Assembly: GCA_965662465.1 (NCBI GenBank)
Contig: CBFIIO010000016.1
Location: 7,587 to 71,586, forward strand
Direction of reading: 5' to 3'
DNA length: 64,000 nt
DNA from: Planctomycetota bacterium
GTDB lineage: Bacteria > Planctomycetota > UBA1135 > UBA2386
Part shown: one piece after another, positions 37,171 to 46,662 of the stretch
How the letters are laid out: each line of letters opens with the position of its first letter
How positions within the stretch are numbered: position 1 is the first letter of the stretch
Translations under genes and position numbers: made by a program
Notes under the pieces: generated by a model
Told to the model about the DNA's origin: nothing
Database searches by the model: none
Seen by the model: the letters and a program-made list of their open reading frames with translations, nothing else

Positions 37171-39855
37171 ATGCGCAACGCCCTTTCTATCTTCCTTTTT
37201 GCCAGTGTGCTGGTGCTTGTTGGCTGCAGCGGTGGCAGTGGCTCTGGTTCGGGAGGATTCAGGATCCCATGTCAAAACGGGGCAGACTTCTGTCTGATCA
37301 GTTGTGACTTGGGGTGTTCGCAGACTGGCTGCTCCATCACGGAAATCGCTGAGAACCAAGCGCTGCGTTTCAAGTTTTCGGATGAAGTGGATCCGGCGAC
37401 AGTCAATGGTTCGAGTGTTTCTCTTCGCACGGCAACCGGTGTTGCACCGCAGGGCGACTTCGAGGTTGTTGGCAGTGAGGTGGTTTTCCGCCCACGTGTT
37501 ACCACTCAAAACGGAGTTAGCACATTCGGCTTTTTGCGCAACGAGAGCTATATCCTCTCACTCGCAGGTGGCTCGACCATTGCGCAGAGTGTGACCAACA
37601 TGTCTGGCGATGGTCTTTCGAATGAGTTTACGTGCACGGTAATCGCTTCTCGCGGCATCCTCGACGCAGATGGTGAAGCGCCGACTGTCGAGTTGCTGTC
37701 TCCAACTGTGCAAGTTAACGCGCCGGTCAACCCAACGATTGTGTTGCGCTTTTCTGAGTTGATCGACACGACGCCGCTGCAAGTTTCGCTCGGAGAAGCC
37801 TCGCCGATTCGGGTTGTTTTGCGCGGCACGCTGCCGACCGGCGAATGTGATTCTGATTCCGACGGCACCGCTCTTGAAGGCGTTCCGCAACTCTCGACCG
37901 AATTGGTCGGGCAGCGTGAAGTCACTGTGGTTACCTTCCAACCGGCGGTTCAGTTGCCGGGTAATTCCTGCATCACGGTGCGTGTGACCGCAGACCTTCG
38001 TGACCTATCTGGTCGCTCGGGTGTGCCGGCAAAGTTCGTCTTTTTGACCGAGCAAGGTGTCTCGACTCCGATTGAGATCACCGAGACGTTTTCTAGCAGC
38101 GCCAAGCAAGAAGTTTTGGTGTCTGGTGGCGTCTGGGGCGGAGCGCAAGGTCCTGGCGCGCGCGCAGGTCTGATTGGTAGTGATGGTCGTCACGGTTCGT
38201 TCGATGCGAACTACGGCACTAACTTGGGTGGCGGCATCTTTGTTTGGAACGTCGACAACACTACGATTCCAGCGGCTGCATCGCTGACCGGCTTGGAATA
38301 CATCGTCACCGATGGACGTTTCTTCTTTACGGACCTTGTCATTCCAGAAGGCATGACGATTCGATTTGTTGGCTCAGTGCCGCCCGTCATTTACGTGCGT
38401 GGCCAAGCCGACATTCGTGGTTCGATTGAGGTTAACGGCACGGATGCTCCTAGCACGGTTGCTGCCAGTGGCTTAGCCACGGGTCAGCAAGTCTCTAGCT
38501 TCAATGCAGTTGTTAGCTTGACTGGTCAACCGGGTACGGCTGGTGGAGTTGGTGCTGGTGCTGGTGGCAAGGGTGGTGACCGTGGCGACAACACGGGGAC
38601 TGGCGCTGGCCAGTATTCGGGGCAGGCTGGAGCCGACATCAGCGTCAGCGCTGGTCATGCATACTCGGGCGCTGCTTCGGGCACCGGCGGTAGAGGCAGT
38701 TTAGTGTCCCCAGTAACCGGTGTTTGGGCTGTCCCAACCCCAACTGTTGGCGGCATTGTTTACTGTGCTTACTTCAGCCCGGGAGGCTCAGGTGGTGGCT
38801 TTAGCGGCTCTGGTGGAGCGCCAAGCAACCCTGTTTACACGGGCACGGGCGCTGGCTCGGTGAACTTTAGTACGCCAGTAGGTGCCGGCCAGCCCTTTAG
38901 CGTGACCCCATATCCGCCTGCCAATCCTCCGCCTGGGTATTCCTCGTTGGAGCACTTTACCGTTTCTGGTTCCGGAGGCGGTGGTGGCGGTAGTCACGGC
39001 TACGGTTTGATCGCCCTTGGTAGCCCAGCTCAGAGGTTCATGGCTGGTCACGCCGGAACTGGCGGTGGCGGCGCGTTTGCCATTCGCGCAGGCGGCTCGC
39101 TCATCATTGGTCCAGCAGCCCAACTGTCGGCTCGCGGTGGTGATGGTGTCATCATCAATGGTAGTCCAGCGAACAACAATTCGTCCCCTGGTGGTGGTGG
39201 CTCTGGGGGCTCGCTGCTTCTTCAGTCAGGCCAGCAGGTTTCCATCGCTGGCGACATCAACGCCCGCGGCGGCACGGGCAGTCGAAACAGGCTCGTCGAC
39301 AACGGTCTGCAAAGAGTCGAAGCGACTGCTGGCGATGGTGCGTCAGGCTTTTTCCGGGCCGAAGCTCCAAACTCGTCTTCGGGTAATCCGAATGTCTCGT
39401 TTGGTGGCACGAGCATCCCGGTCTTCAACTCGGCAACAATGTCTGGTGAGCTAACGGACCGCGATGGCCTGTCTGGTGATACCTCACTGTTCTACACGAC
39501 TGGCTTGGTGTTCCCGCCGTCATGGGGTTTCTACGAACTCGACGTCGACTTTGATGGCGATGGCATTGTCGATCAAACTTATGACGACAGCGGCGCTGTT
39601 GGTTCGATTAAGGCATCTGAGCCCAACGGGCCGATCACCTTGCCGCTGGTTATTAGCTTCCAAGGAGCCAACCTCAACCAAGCCGGCACGCAGCCAGTTG
39701 GCCCATTGGGGCCATGGCGCGATGGTATCGGCCCAGGAGCAGGGCAAGGTATTAACCTAGACGCAGTGACTGGGTTCCGCTTCTCGATCATTTACAACCG
39801 CACGCTCTTCCCCAACGCAGTGATCAAAGAGTTGCGCGTGTTTGCGCAGTCGTGA
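37171..39855 (+). CDS. Large lipoprotein (894 aa), tandem paralog of 34408..37056
   Basis: Lipobox LVLVG-C. Same Cys motif and Ig pairs (FKFSDEVD, LRFSELID). DGRHG and VTDGRFFF shared with the neighbour. G-rich tracts. Ends IKELRVFAQS. Confidence 0.8.
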   Translation: MRNALSIFLFASVLVLVGCSGGSGSGSGGFRIPCQNGADFCLISCDLGCSQTGCSITEIAENQALRFKFSDEVDPATVNGSSVSLRTATGVAPQGDFEVVGSEVVFRPRVTTQNGVSTFGFLRNESYILSLAGGSTIAQSVTNMSGDGLSNEFTCTVIASRGILDADGEAPTVELLSPTVQVNAPVNPTIVLRFSELIDTTPLQVSLGEASPIRVVLRGTLPTGECDSDSDGTALEGVPQLSTELVGQREVTVVTFQPAVQLPGNSCITVRVTADLRDLSGRSGVPAKFVFLTEQGVSTPIEITETFSSSAKQEVLVSGGVWGGAQGPGARAGLIGSDGRHGSFDANYGTNLGGGIFVWNVDNTTIPAAASLTGLEYIVTDGRFFFTDLVIPEGMTIRFVGSVPPVIYVRGQADIRGSIEVNGTDAPSTVAASGLATGQQVSSFNAVVSLTGQPGTAGGVGAGAGGKGGDRGDNTGTGAGQYSGQAGADISVSAGHAYSGAASGTGGRGSLVSPVTGVWAVPTPTVGGIVYCAYFSPGGSGGGFSGSGGAPSNPVYTGTGAGSVNFSTPVGAGQPFSVTPYPPANPPPGYSSLEHFTVSGSGGGGGGSHGYGLIALGSPAQRFMAGHAGTGGGGAFAIRAGGSLIIGPAAQLSARGGDGVIINGSPANNNSSPGGGGSGGSLLLQSGQQVSIAGDINARGGTGSRNRLVDNGLQRVEATAGDGASGFFRAEAPNSSSGNPNVSFGGTSIPVFNSATMSGELTDRDGLSGDTSLFYTTGLVFPPSWGFYELDVDFDGDGIVDQTYDDSGAVGSIKASEPNGPITLPLVISFQGANLNQAGTQPVGPLGPWRDGIGPGAGQGINLDAVTGFRFSIIYNRTLFPNAVIKELRVFAQS

Positions 39856-41078
39856 TCTCGAGATCATCGAGCGCCGCCGCCGATTTGCGGCGTGCGCCGA
39901 TAACGACGCTGGCAGCTCAGCACGTTGCGCTTGACGCAGATAACGTGCTCTCACCGGGGTGCGTCGAATGGGACGCTAATGGACGCATCGTCGCCCTGCG
40001 GCGAGTCCGCAAGTCGGAGCTTGTACGGGATCTGGCGGTGTTGCCCGGCTTAGTCAACGCGCATGCGCATTTGCAACTTGAGCCATTGGCGCGGATGGAG
40101 CGCCGTTTCTTGCCGTGGGTGTCTGCGGTAGTCGCAGCTCGCAGCAAGCGTCAATCGAAGGATCATCGTCGCATTGCGCTTAGTTCACTTCGTGAATTGC
40201 TGCGGTCGGGGACGACTGCTGTAGGTGAGATCGATTCGACTGGCGCTACTGGTATGGCCCTGCGTCGTCTACCGATGGCTGGCCGTTGCTATCGCGAAGT
40301 GACGGGCTTTCACCTTTTGCGACGTGATGCCCGTGCTTTGGTTCGTGGCGTATTCCCGAAAGAGACTGGTTGTATGCGGTCTGGCTTGTCTCCTCATGCT
40401 CCGTATTCTGTCTCTGCTGATCTGATGCGTGCAGCCGCGCAGCGAACTCGTAACCTAACCATTCATTGTGCTGAGTTGCCTGAGGAACAGCAGTTCTTGA
40501 GGACGGGAAGTGGGCCGTTTGCAGAGCTTTTGGAGAGATTGGGTCGGTTGCCCGATGGCTTTCGTGCACCTGGTTGTGGTGCTGTGCGTTGGCTTGAGAA
40601 ACTTGAGGTGCTGCAGGCAAATACCCTGCTGGTGCATTGCCAGGAGCTTGAGCGGGGTGATGTCGGTCGGATTTCTTCGTCGGGCGCCTCGGTTGTTGTT
40701 TGCCCGGGGACTATTCGCTACTTCCAGCGCACGCCCCCTCAGATTTTTAAGTGGCTGCAGGCCGGTATCCCGGTCGCCTTGGGAACGGACTCCCACGCAA
40801 GTAATAAGGGGCTGTCGATGCGGCGAGAGCTGGCTCTGGCGGCTGAGATGTGGCCTGAGTTGCACCCGCGGCAACTGCTCTCGATGGCGACTTCAGTTGG
40901 TGGTCGAGCGCTGGGTGGCCCTTTTGGTGGTCTGAGACGTCGTCGGCGTGCCGATTTCCTCACCGTGCGGGCCAGCGGCTCGTGGGAGGATACTCTAGCC
41001 GCATTTGTTCATGATCAGGTGCCTATTGAATGGGTTGTTCTGGCTGGGCAGGTGCACCGTATCTGCGCCGAGCGTTGA
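39852..41078 (+). CDS. Amidohydrolase-superfamily metalloenzyme (deaminase-like)
   Basis: PGLVNAHAHL, SPHAPYSVS, IHCAE, LVHC and LGTDS. Confidence 0.85.
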   Translation: MISRSSSAAADLRRAPITTLAAQHVALDADNVLSPGCVEWDANGRIVALRRVRKSELVRDLAVLPGLVNAHAHLQLEPLARMERRFLPWVSAVVAARSKRQSKDHRRIALSSLRELLRSGTTAVGEIDSTGATGMALRRLPMAGRCYREVTGFHLLRRDARALVRGVFPKETGCMRSGLSPHAPYSVSADLMRAAAQRTRNLTIHCAELPEEQQFLRTGSGPFAELLERLGRLPDGFRAPGCGAVRWLEKLEVLQANTLLVHCQELERGDVGRISSSGASVVVCPGTIRYFQRTPPQIFKWLQAGIPVALGTDSHASNKGLSMRRELALAAEMWPELHPRQLLSMATSVGGRALGGPFGGLRRRRRADFLTVRASGSWEDTLAAFVHDQVPIEWVVLAGQVHRICAER

Positions 41079-41112
41079 GCTAGACGTCGCCCATGTCTAA
41101 AGTTCTAGCCAA

Positions 41113-42096
41113 GTGACGACGCTTCTTGACCTCTTTCGCTCTCAGCAGAGCTTCTTACTTACAGGTCATGAGAACCCCGACGGTGACTGTGTCGGTGCTC
41201 AGGTAGCTCTCTCGCAATTGCTGCTCTCGATGGGGAAGACGGTTCATATCGTCAATCCTGATCCACTCTCTAAGAGCTATGAGTTCTTGGCTGAGCACAC
41301 TTCATTTGGCACTGCTAAGAATGAGGCTGATCTGCCAGAGTTTGATGTCGCAGTGTTGCTTGATTGCTCGCAGCTCTCTCGGGTTGGTTCGCTAGGCAAG
41401 AGCATTGCTGCACGCAATAAAACAATCGCTGTAATTGACCATCACGTTGGCTGTGAGAACGGCGACGGGAGTGTCTCCTATGTTGATCCGACTGCGGCGG
41501 CTACCGGCGCATTAGTGCGGCGCCTATACGCTGACTTTGGGGCCGAGCTAACGATGCCCGCTGCGCAGGGTATCTTCTTATCGCTTGTTTCTGATACCGG
41601 ATGGTTTCGATACTCAAACTCCGACGCAGAGGTTTTTGCGATGGCCTCCGAGTTGGTTGCTCTCGGTGTCGATAGCTCTCAAGTGTATGACGCAATCAAC
41701 CGGCGTAATCATCCAAGCTCACCGCAACTCTTGTCAGACGCGCTTGAGGAAAGTCAGTTACTCCTCGATGGGCGGATGGCGCGCATTAGTCTAGGCAGGT
41801 CTCTTCTCGAGCGTTGCTCTAGATTGAACTTTGATACTGATCTCATCATGGAGCCTTTGCGTTCGGTTGAGGGGGTTGAGGTCGTGGCATTGCTCAAGGA
41901 GCGTTTCGATGGCATCGTTAAATGTTCGTTGCGCGCTCGTGGCGATGTTGATGTGCAGGCCATCGTGAAGCCCTTTGGCGGCGGAGGTCACAAGAAGGCT
42001 GCTGGGGCAAGTCTTTCGATGAGCCTCACTGAAGCCGAGTCCGCAATTGAAACCGCGGTGAAGCAAGCCTTCGCTGCTCAGGCCGGAAACCAATAA
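41113..42096 (+). CDS. nrnA: DHH/DHHA1 phosphoesterase (NrnA-like oligoribonuclease / pAp phosphatase)
   Basis: GHENPDGD, LDC, IDHH, DTGWF, SLR and GGGGHKKAAG. Confidence 0.88.
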   Translation: MTTLLDLFRSQQSFLLTGHENPDGDCVGAQVALSQLLLSMGKTVHIVNPDPLSKSYEFLAEHTSFGTAKNEADLPEFDVAVLLDCSQLSRVGSLGKSIAARNKTIAVIDHHVGCENGDGSVSYVDPTAAATGALVRRLYADFGAELTMPAAQGIFLSLVSDTGWFRYSNSDAEVFAMASELVALGVDSSQVYDAINRRNHPSSPQLLSDALEESQLLLDGRMARISLGRSLLERCSRLNFDTDLIMEPLRSVEGVEVVALLKERFDGIVKCSLRARGDVDVQAIVKPFGGGGHKKAAGASLSMSLTEAESAIETAVKQAFAAQAGNQ

Positions 42097-42106
42097 GCAG
42101 GGTAAC

Positions 42107-42856
42107 TTGTCGACGTTTGCGATTATCTCTGATGTGCATAGCAACCTCGAGGCGCTTGAGGCTGTCTTGCTTCGTATCGAAGAGCTTGGTGTAGAGGACG
42201 TCGTTTGCTTGGGGGATGTCGTCGGTTATGGCGCTGATCCATTGCCCGTTACCTTGATGGTGATGAAGCGCTGTAAATGGACGATTCTAGGCAATCATGA
42301 TTGGGGCATGTTCCACACCATGGACGACTTCAATCCCTTGGCGCGCGAAGCTTTGATGTATACGCGCCAACAGCTGCGCCCGTTTTTCTTGCGGCCCAGA
42401 CGCCGTCAGGCGCATGAGTTCTTGCGCGATTTGCCGGATCGTATGTCTGACTACGGCTTCAACTTTTATCACGGTTCGCCTCGAGATCCGGTGATGGAGT
42501 ACGTTCTGAAAAGCGATGGCTTTCTGGAGCCTGAGAAGATGGAGCAGTTGTTTGCGCTCGTCGAAGTGCCGTGCTTTGTCGGCCACACTCATTGGCCTGG
42601 TGTGCACAGGCCGGACTTTCGCTTTACGCAGGCTACTGACGAAGAGAGCGAGTTCTTGATTGATGGGCCGTGCATCGTCAATGTGGGGAGCGTCGGGCAG
42701 CCGCGCGATGGAGATCCTCGGGCTAGTTTCGCTGTAGTGCGCGGCAATCGGGTTCAGATTGAGCGTGTTGCTTACGATTTCCGGCGTACTCAAGCAAAGA
42801 TTTTGGCAGCCGGATTACATCCGGCACTTGCCGAACGTTTGGCGCGGGGCAAGTAG
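42107..42856 (+). CDS. Calcineurin-like metallophosphoesterase (YfcE-type)
   Basis: SDVHSN, LGDVVGYG, GNHD, HGSP, GHTH and NVGSVGQPRDG. Confidence 0.9.
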   Translation: MSTFAIISDVHSNLEALEAVLLRIEELGVEDVVCLGDVVGYGADPLPVTLMVMKRCKWTILGNHDWGMFHTMDDFNPLAREALMYTRQQLRPFFLRPRRRQAHEFLRDLPDRMSDYGFNFYHGSPRDPVMEYVLKSDGFLEPEKMEQLFALVEVPCFVGHTHWPGVHRPDFRFTQATDEESEFLIDGPCIVNVGSVGQPRDGDPRASFAVVRGNRVQIERVAYDFRRTQAKILAAGLHPALAERLARGK

Positions 42857-42858
42857 TG

Positions 42859-43191
42859 ATGCCCGACGACAAGAGCCAAGAGATTGTTGTCGTCTTATGC
42901 ACTGTCCCATCTGACTGCTCTGAGTCGATCGCACAAACTGTCGTGGAAGAGCGGCTGTGCGCATGTGTCAATATTCTGCCGGCAGTACGTTCTGTCTTTC
43001 GCTGGCAGGGCAAGGTTGATGTTGCCGATGAGCACTTGATGATCGCCAAGACTACATTGGCTGCTTCGGGTTCGTTGCAGGGCCGCCTTGTGGAGTTGCA
43101 TCCATACGATGTTCCCGAGGTCATCATTTTACCTGTTGCTGCTGGTTTACCGCCCTACCTGTCTTGGGTTGTCGACTCAGTGCGTTCATAG
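42859..43191 (+). CDS. cutA: Divalent-cation tolerance protein CutA
   Basis: LCACVNI, SVFRWQGK, E..MIAKT and HPYDVPEV. Confidence 0.93.
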   Translation: MPDDKSQEIVVVLCTVPSDCSESIAQTVVEERLCACVNILPAVRSVFRWQGKVDVADEHLMIAKTTLAASGSLQGRLVELHPYDVPEVIILPVAAGLPPYLSWVVDSVRS

Positions 43192-43200
43192 GAGCCTCTG

Positions 43201-44820
43201 ATGTCTTCTTCGATAGAGCCTGAGAGCAAAGCTGTCGAGGTTGCTGTCGACCAGGTGCACGGTTGGCGCATCTTGATTGCAATTGGCGTTGGTCTAGTTT
43301 GTTTTTGGGTCGGTCACTACTTGCCGTTTCCGGTGGCAGCAGATCTTGCCCCTGACCAAGAACAGATTGGGCCAGCTGCATGTCGACTTTTGTTCTGCGT
43401 TGGTCTGACAACCTCGTCATGGTTGATGGGTGCTATGCCAATCGCGGCTGCGTCCTTGTTGCCTTTGGCGTTGCTGCCAATGTTGGGGGTGCGCTCCACA
43501 GCTGATTTGACGACTGGCTACGGTCACCCCATTTTGTGGTTGTTTGGTGGCGGCTTTGTGTTGGCGCAAGCAGTAGAGCGTTGTGGCTTGCATCGTCGAA
43601 TGGCGCTCAAAATCGTTGCGGCACTTGGGCCTTATCCTCGGAGGCTAGTTCTTGGATTCTGTCTGTCGGCGACCTTTGCCTCAATGTGGATTAGCAACAC
43701 GGCAGTTGCATTGCTGCTGTTGCCCATTGGATCAGTGTTGGTGCGGCGCACTGCGGAATTAGGTGAACTATCCCCAAAGTCGCAGTCTAATTTTGGCGCC
43801 GCAATTATGTGTGGCATTGCGTTTGGCGCGACCATTGGTGGCATGGGGTCACCGATTGGCACCGCCCCAAATGCATTGTTCTTTACCAACTATGAGCCGC
43901 TCGTAGATCAAGGTGCGAGGCCGATCTCGTTTTTATTGTGGCTGCTCGCCTTTGCGCCTTTTGCGTTGCTGCTCTCCTTTTGCGCAAGTCAGGTTTTGTC
44001 GCGCATTGCATTGAGGTTGCCGCGAGAACGCTTTGCTCGTGGCGACGAACTGCTTCATGAAGCACGCTCGCTGCCTCGCTGGAGAAAGGCCGAGGTGCGC
44101 ACTGCATTGTTGTTTGCCTCGGCAGTCGTGTTGTGGATGACACGAGGTGACCTGCAGCTAGGTGACGACTCGGTGATTCATGGTTGGGCGCACTACTTGG
44201 TCCCGGCAGGCGAACGGGACCGCTTCTTAGCAGATGGCTCAGTTGCCGTGCTCGTCGCGATCTTAGCTTTTTTGATTCCATCGGGAACGGACGAGCGCCC
44301 TAAGCAGCGTTTGTGCGATTGGGAGACAGCACGGCAGATGCCGTTTGATTTACTGTTGCTGCTCGGCGCTGGCATCGCGATGGCGCAGGCTTTTGGGCCT
44401 ACTGGATTGTCTGCAGCCTTCGGCGAATTGCTGCGGCCAATGATTGGCTCGATGCATCCAGTATTGCTGATCCTGTCGATCATTCTTGCAGTGTCTTTGC
44501 TATCTGAAATCGCTAGCAATACAGCGGTAGCGACATTGGCCTTACCAATTGTTCGTGAGGGCGCGATTGCTGCGGATATGAACCCGCTAGTGCTAATGCT
44601 GCCGGTTGTGATTGGTGCTTCTTGCAGCTTCATGTTGCCGATCTCGACGCCACCGAACACGATTGTGTTTGCCTCTAGGCAGATCCGATTCGGTCAGATG
44701 GCGCGTGCTGGCGTTGGACTTAATCTGTTGTCGGCCTTGGTGCTGTTACCGGTGTTATGGTTCTGGGTGTTGCCGCTCTGCGGCGTCGACACGAGTGCTC
44801 TGATAAAAGGCAGCAAGTGA
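43201..44820 (+). CDS. SLC13/DASS sodium-coupled anion transporter
   Basis: LFGGGFVLA, SMWISNTA, IGGMGSPIGTAPN, SEIASNTA and SFMLPISTPPN, with many TM helices. Confidence 0.92.
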   Translation: MSSSIEPESKAVEVAVDQVHGWRILIAIGVGLVCFWVGHYLPFPVAADLAPDQEQIGPAACRLLFCVGLTTSSWLMGAMPIAAASLLPLALLPMLGVRSTADLTTGYGHPILWLFGGGFVLAQAVERCGLHRRMALKIVAALGPYPRRLVLGFCLSATFASMWISNTAVALLLLPIGSVLVRRTAELGELSPKSQSNFGAAIMCGIAFGATIGGMGSPIGTAPNALFFTNYEPLVDQGARPISFLLWLLAFAPFALLLSFCASQVLSRIALRLPRERFARGDELLHEARSLPRWRKAEVRTALLFASAVVLWMTRGDLQLGDDSVIHGWAHYLVPAGERDRFLADGSVAVLVAILAFLIPSGTDERPKQRLCDWETARQMPFDLLLLLGAGIAMAQAFGPTGLSAAFGELLRPMIGSMHPVLLILSIILAVSLLSEIASNTAVATLALPIVREGAIAADMNPLVLMLPVVIGASCSFMLPISTPPNTIVFASRQIRFGQMARAGVGLNLLSALVLLPVLWFWVLPLCGVDTSALIKGSK

Positions 44821-46580
44821 CAAGTAAAATCAGCAAGCAGATGTCTGTGCCAGGTATCGAGGAGAAGGGTCACAAGGGCGCTTTGCTCGCTTGGATTGGG
44901 ACATTCTTACTGTTCGTTTGTGTTGCGCATGGCAACTTTGAAACCACCGATGCTGGGTTCTCGATGCATTCTGCGCGATCGCTTTGGAACCGTGGCGATA
45001 GCGCACTATTAACTGCGGCCCAGGGTGGCGATCACATTGGGGAAATTGCCGCTGCTGAATACATACGTCATTGGGAAAGCGTTGGCCCGCGTAAGAGCGG
45101 CTTGACCTTCAACGACCGCACCTACGTGTGGTATCCAATGGGTCACGGTTTCTTGATGGCTCTGTTCATGCCTATGGCGGAGGTGTTTGGAAAGCTGCTG
45201 CCTGATGCAGATGCTCGGCTGCAGGACAAAGTTCAGCCTTTTCAGCAGTCTTACTTAGAAGGCAGTCCAGTCGTTACTCAGGCGACGATTTCGATATTGA
45301 TGCCGGCGATGTGTTTCGCAACTTCGCTGCTATTGCTTTACCGAATTGCGCGCGAACTCGGGGCAGCTCAACGAGATGCTGTGTGGTCGACTCTGGCTAT
45401 TGGAATGGCTACGCAAGCATTTGCGCTGGGACGCGAGCAGCTCTCCGATGGACCCGGCTTGATGTTTTTGCTTGCAGCAATGCTGCCGATCATTCGCATC
45501 CATATAGGAACGCAATCTAGGCGAAGCGCAGCTTGGGCTGGCTTAATGGTTGGTCTCGCAATGTTGCTTCGCTACCAGAACATGTTCTCAGTTCTGACGT
45601 TTGGACTGTTGTTGGTGATCATTTGTGTTCGCCGCAAGAACTTCCGCGATCTCTACATGTTTGCCCTCGGTGGAGCGCCGGTATTGGTTGTGTTCTTGCT
45701 GACCAACTATTTGAGGTTTGGCAATCCGATGGTCACTGGTTACCCAACCGAGGCAAATTGGTTTTCGGCCCCTTGGACGGCTGGCCTGTGCAAGATGCTG
45801 TTTGGAGCAGGGCGTGGTGTGATGTGGTTCTCGCCATTGCTTTGGTTGGCTCTGCCTTATGCAATACAGTGGCAACGTAGAGTTGAGTTGCGCTGGCTGG
45901 CTTGGGTGATGTTTGCGACACCGCTACTCATTTTTATGTCGGCACAAGGTTGGCAGGGCGGCCAAGCCTGGGCAATCCGCTATGTGACTCCTGGTGTCGT
46001 GGCGCTGCTGGCTATCGTTTTGCCGCAGACAAAGCCGTGGCATACATGGCCACAGTTGTGGCGTGCGCTCGTCGTTGTGGGTTGGTTTGTAAGCCTCACG
46101 AGTGTGGTGGCTCCAGTTCGTGGCCAGCTACAGCTTGCATCGCAGGCAATAACAGCGGAACGCACTCAAGCATTTGAGGACGGGCGTATCACCGCTGCTG
46201 AGGCGGTTGTCGATCCAGCCGATCGTGGTGGATGGCATATTGACTACACCCCGTTGATTGCTAATTGGCGCTACGCGTTGAGCTCTCGCCCTAACTTCTT
46301 TGAAGACGAGAATCAGAAGCCGCGAAATGGCAGCGAAAACGGCATCGTTGCGATCTATGGAGTGAAGGCATTCGACGAAGGAAAGCAGGGGTCGGTTCCT
46401 AGTCACTGGGCAGATCGGGGTGGACGACATCTTTGGTGGCGCTTTTGGGGAGACCTATACGGTGTCAATTGCTGGTTTCTGGTGCTGCCTGTCGCAATTT
46501 TAGGCGCTCTATTGGCCCTACTTGGTTGGCGTCAACTCGGCAAACCGTCGGATTCTTCGGCGCTGCCGGACAATTCGTAG
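44817..46580 (+). CDS. Polytopic membrane protein, GT-C / PMT-like glycosyltransferase candidate
   Basis: About 12 hydrophobic segments. Acidic residues in the first loop (FETTDA). GTGA overlap with the DASS stop (alternative ATG 44841). Confidence 0.55.
   Translation: MTSKISKQMSVPGIEEKGHKGALLAWIGTFLLFVCVAHGNFETTDAGFSMHSARSLWNRGDSALLTAAQGGDHIGEIAAAEYIRHWESVGPRKSGLTFNDRTYVWYPMGHGFLMALFMPMAEVFGKLLPDADARLQDKVQPFQQSYLEGSPVVTQATISILMPAMCFATSLLLLYRIARELGAAQRDAVWSTLAIGMATQAFALGREQLSDGPGLMFLLAAMLPIIRIHIGTQSRRSAAWAGLMVGLAMLLRYQNMFSVLTFGLLLVIICVRRKNFRDLYMFALGGAPVLVVFLLTNYLRFGNPMVTGYPTEANWFSAPWTAGLCKMLFGAGRGVMWFSPLLWLALPYAIQWQRRVELRWLAWVMFATPLLIFMSAQGWQGGQAWAIRYVTPGVVALLAIVLPQTKPWHTWPQLWRALVVVGWFVSLTSVVAPVRGQLQLASQAITAERTQAFEDGRITAAEAVVDPADRGGWHIDYTPLIANWRYALSSRPNFFEDENQKPRNGSENGIVAIYGVKAFDEGKQGSVPSHWADRGGRHLWWRFWGDLYGVNCWFLVLPVAILGALLALLGWRQLGKPSDSSALPDNS
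46205..46243 (+). repeat. 39-bp dispersed repeat, copy 2 (encodes VVDPADRGGWHI)
   Basis: ggttgtcgatccagccgatcgtggtggatggcatattga, 37/39 identical to 16290..16328. Confidence 0.92.
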
Positions 46581-46662
46581 TCCCTGTCGGCAGGTTATTG
46601 GATCGCGGGGTAAAGCCGATGGCACCGTGCGTTCGATAAGACGGGCGGAGTCTCCGCTCATC

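Noticed and set aside
39852-41078. Amidohydrolase as the missing HutI
   Set aside because: It is 15 kb from the hut genes, and its motifs (HAPYS, LGTDS) fit generic deaminase-type amidohydrolases rather than HutI specifically.
16290-46243. 39-bp repeat pair as DGR template/variable regions
   Set aside because: Too short, the two mismatches are not both at adenines of one strand (C/T and G/A), both are synonymous, and there is no reverse transcriptase in the window.
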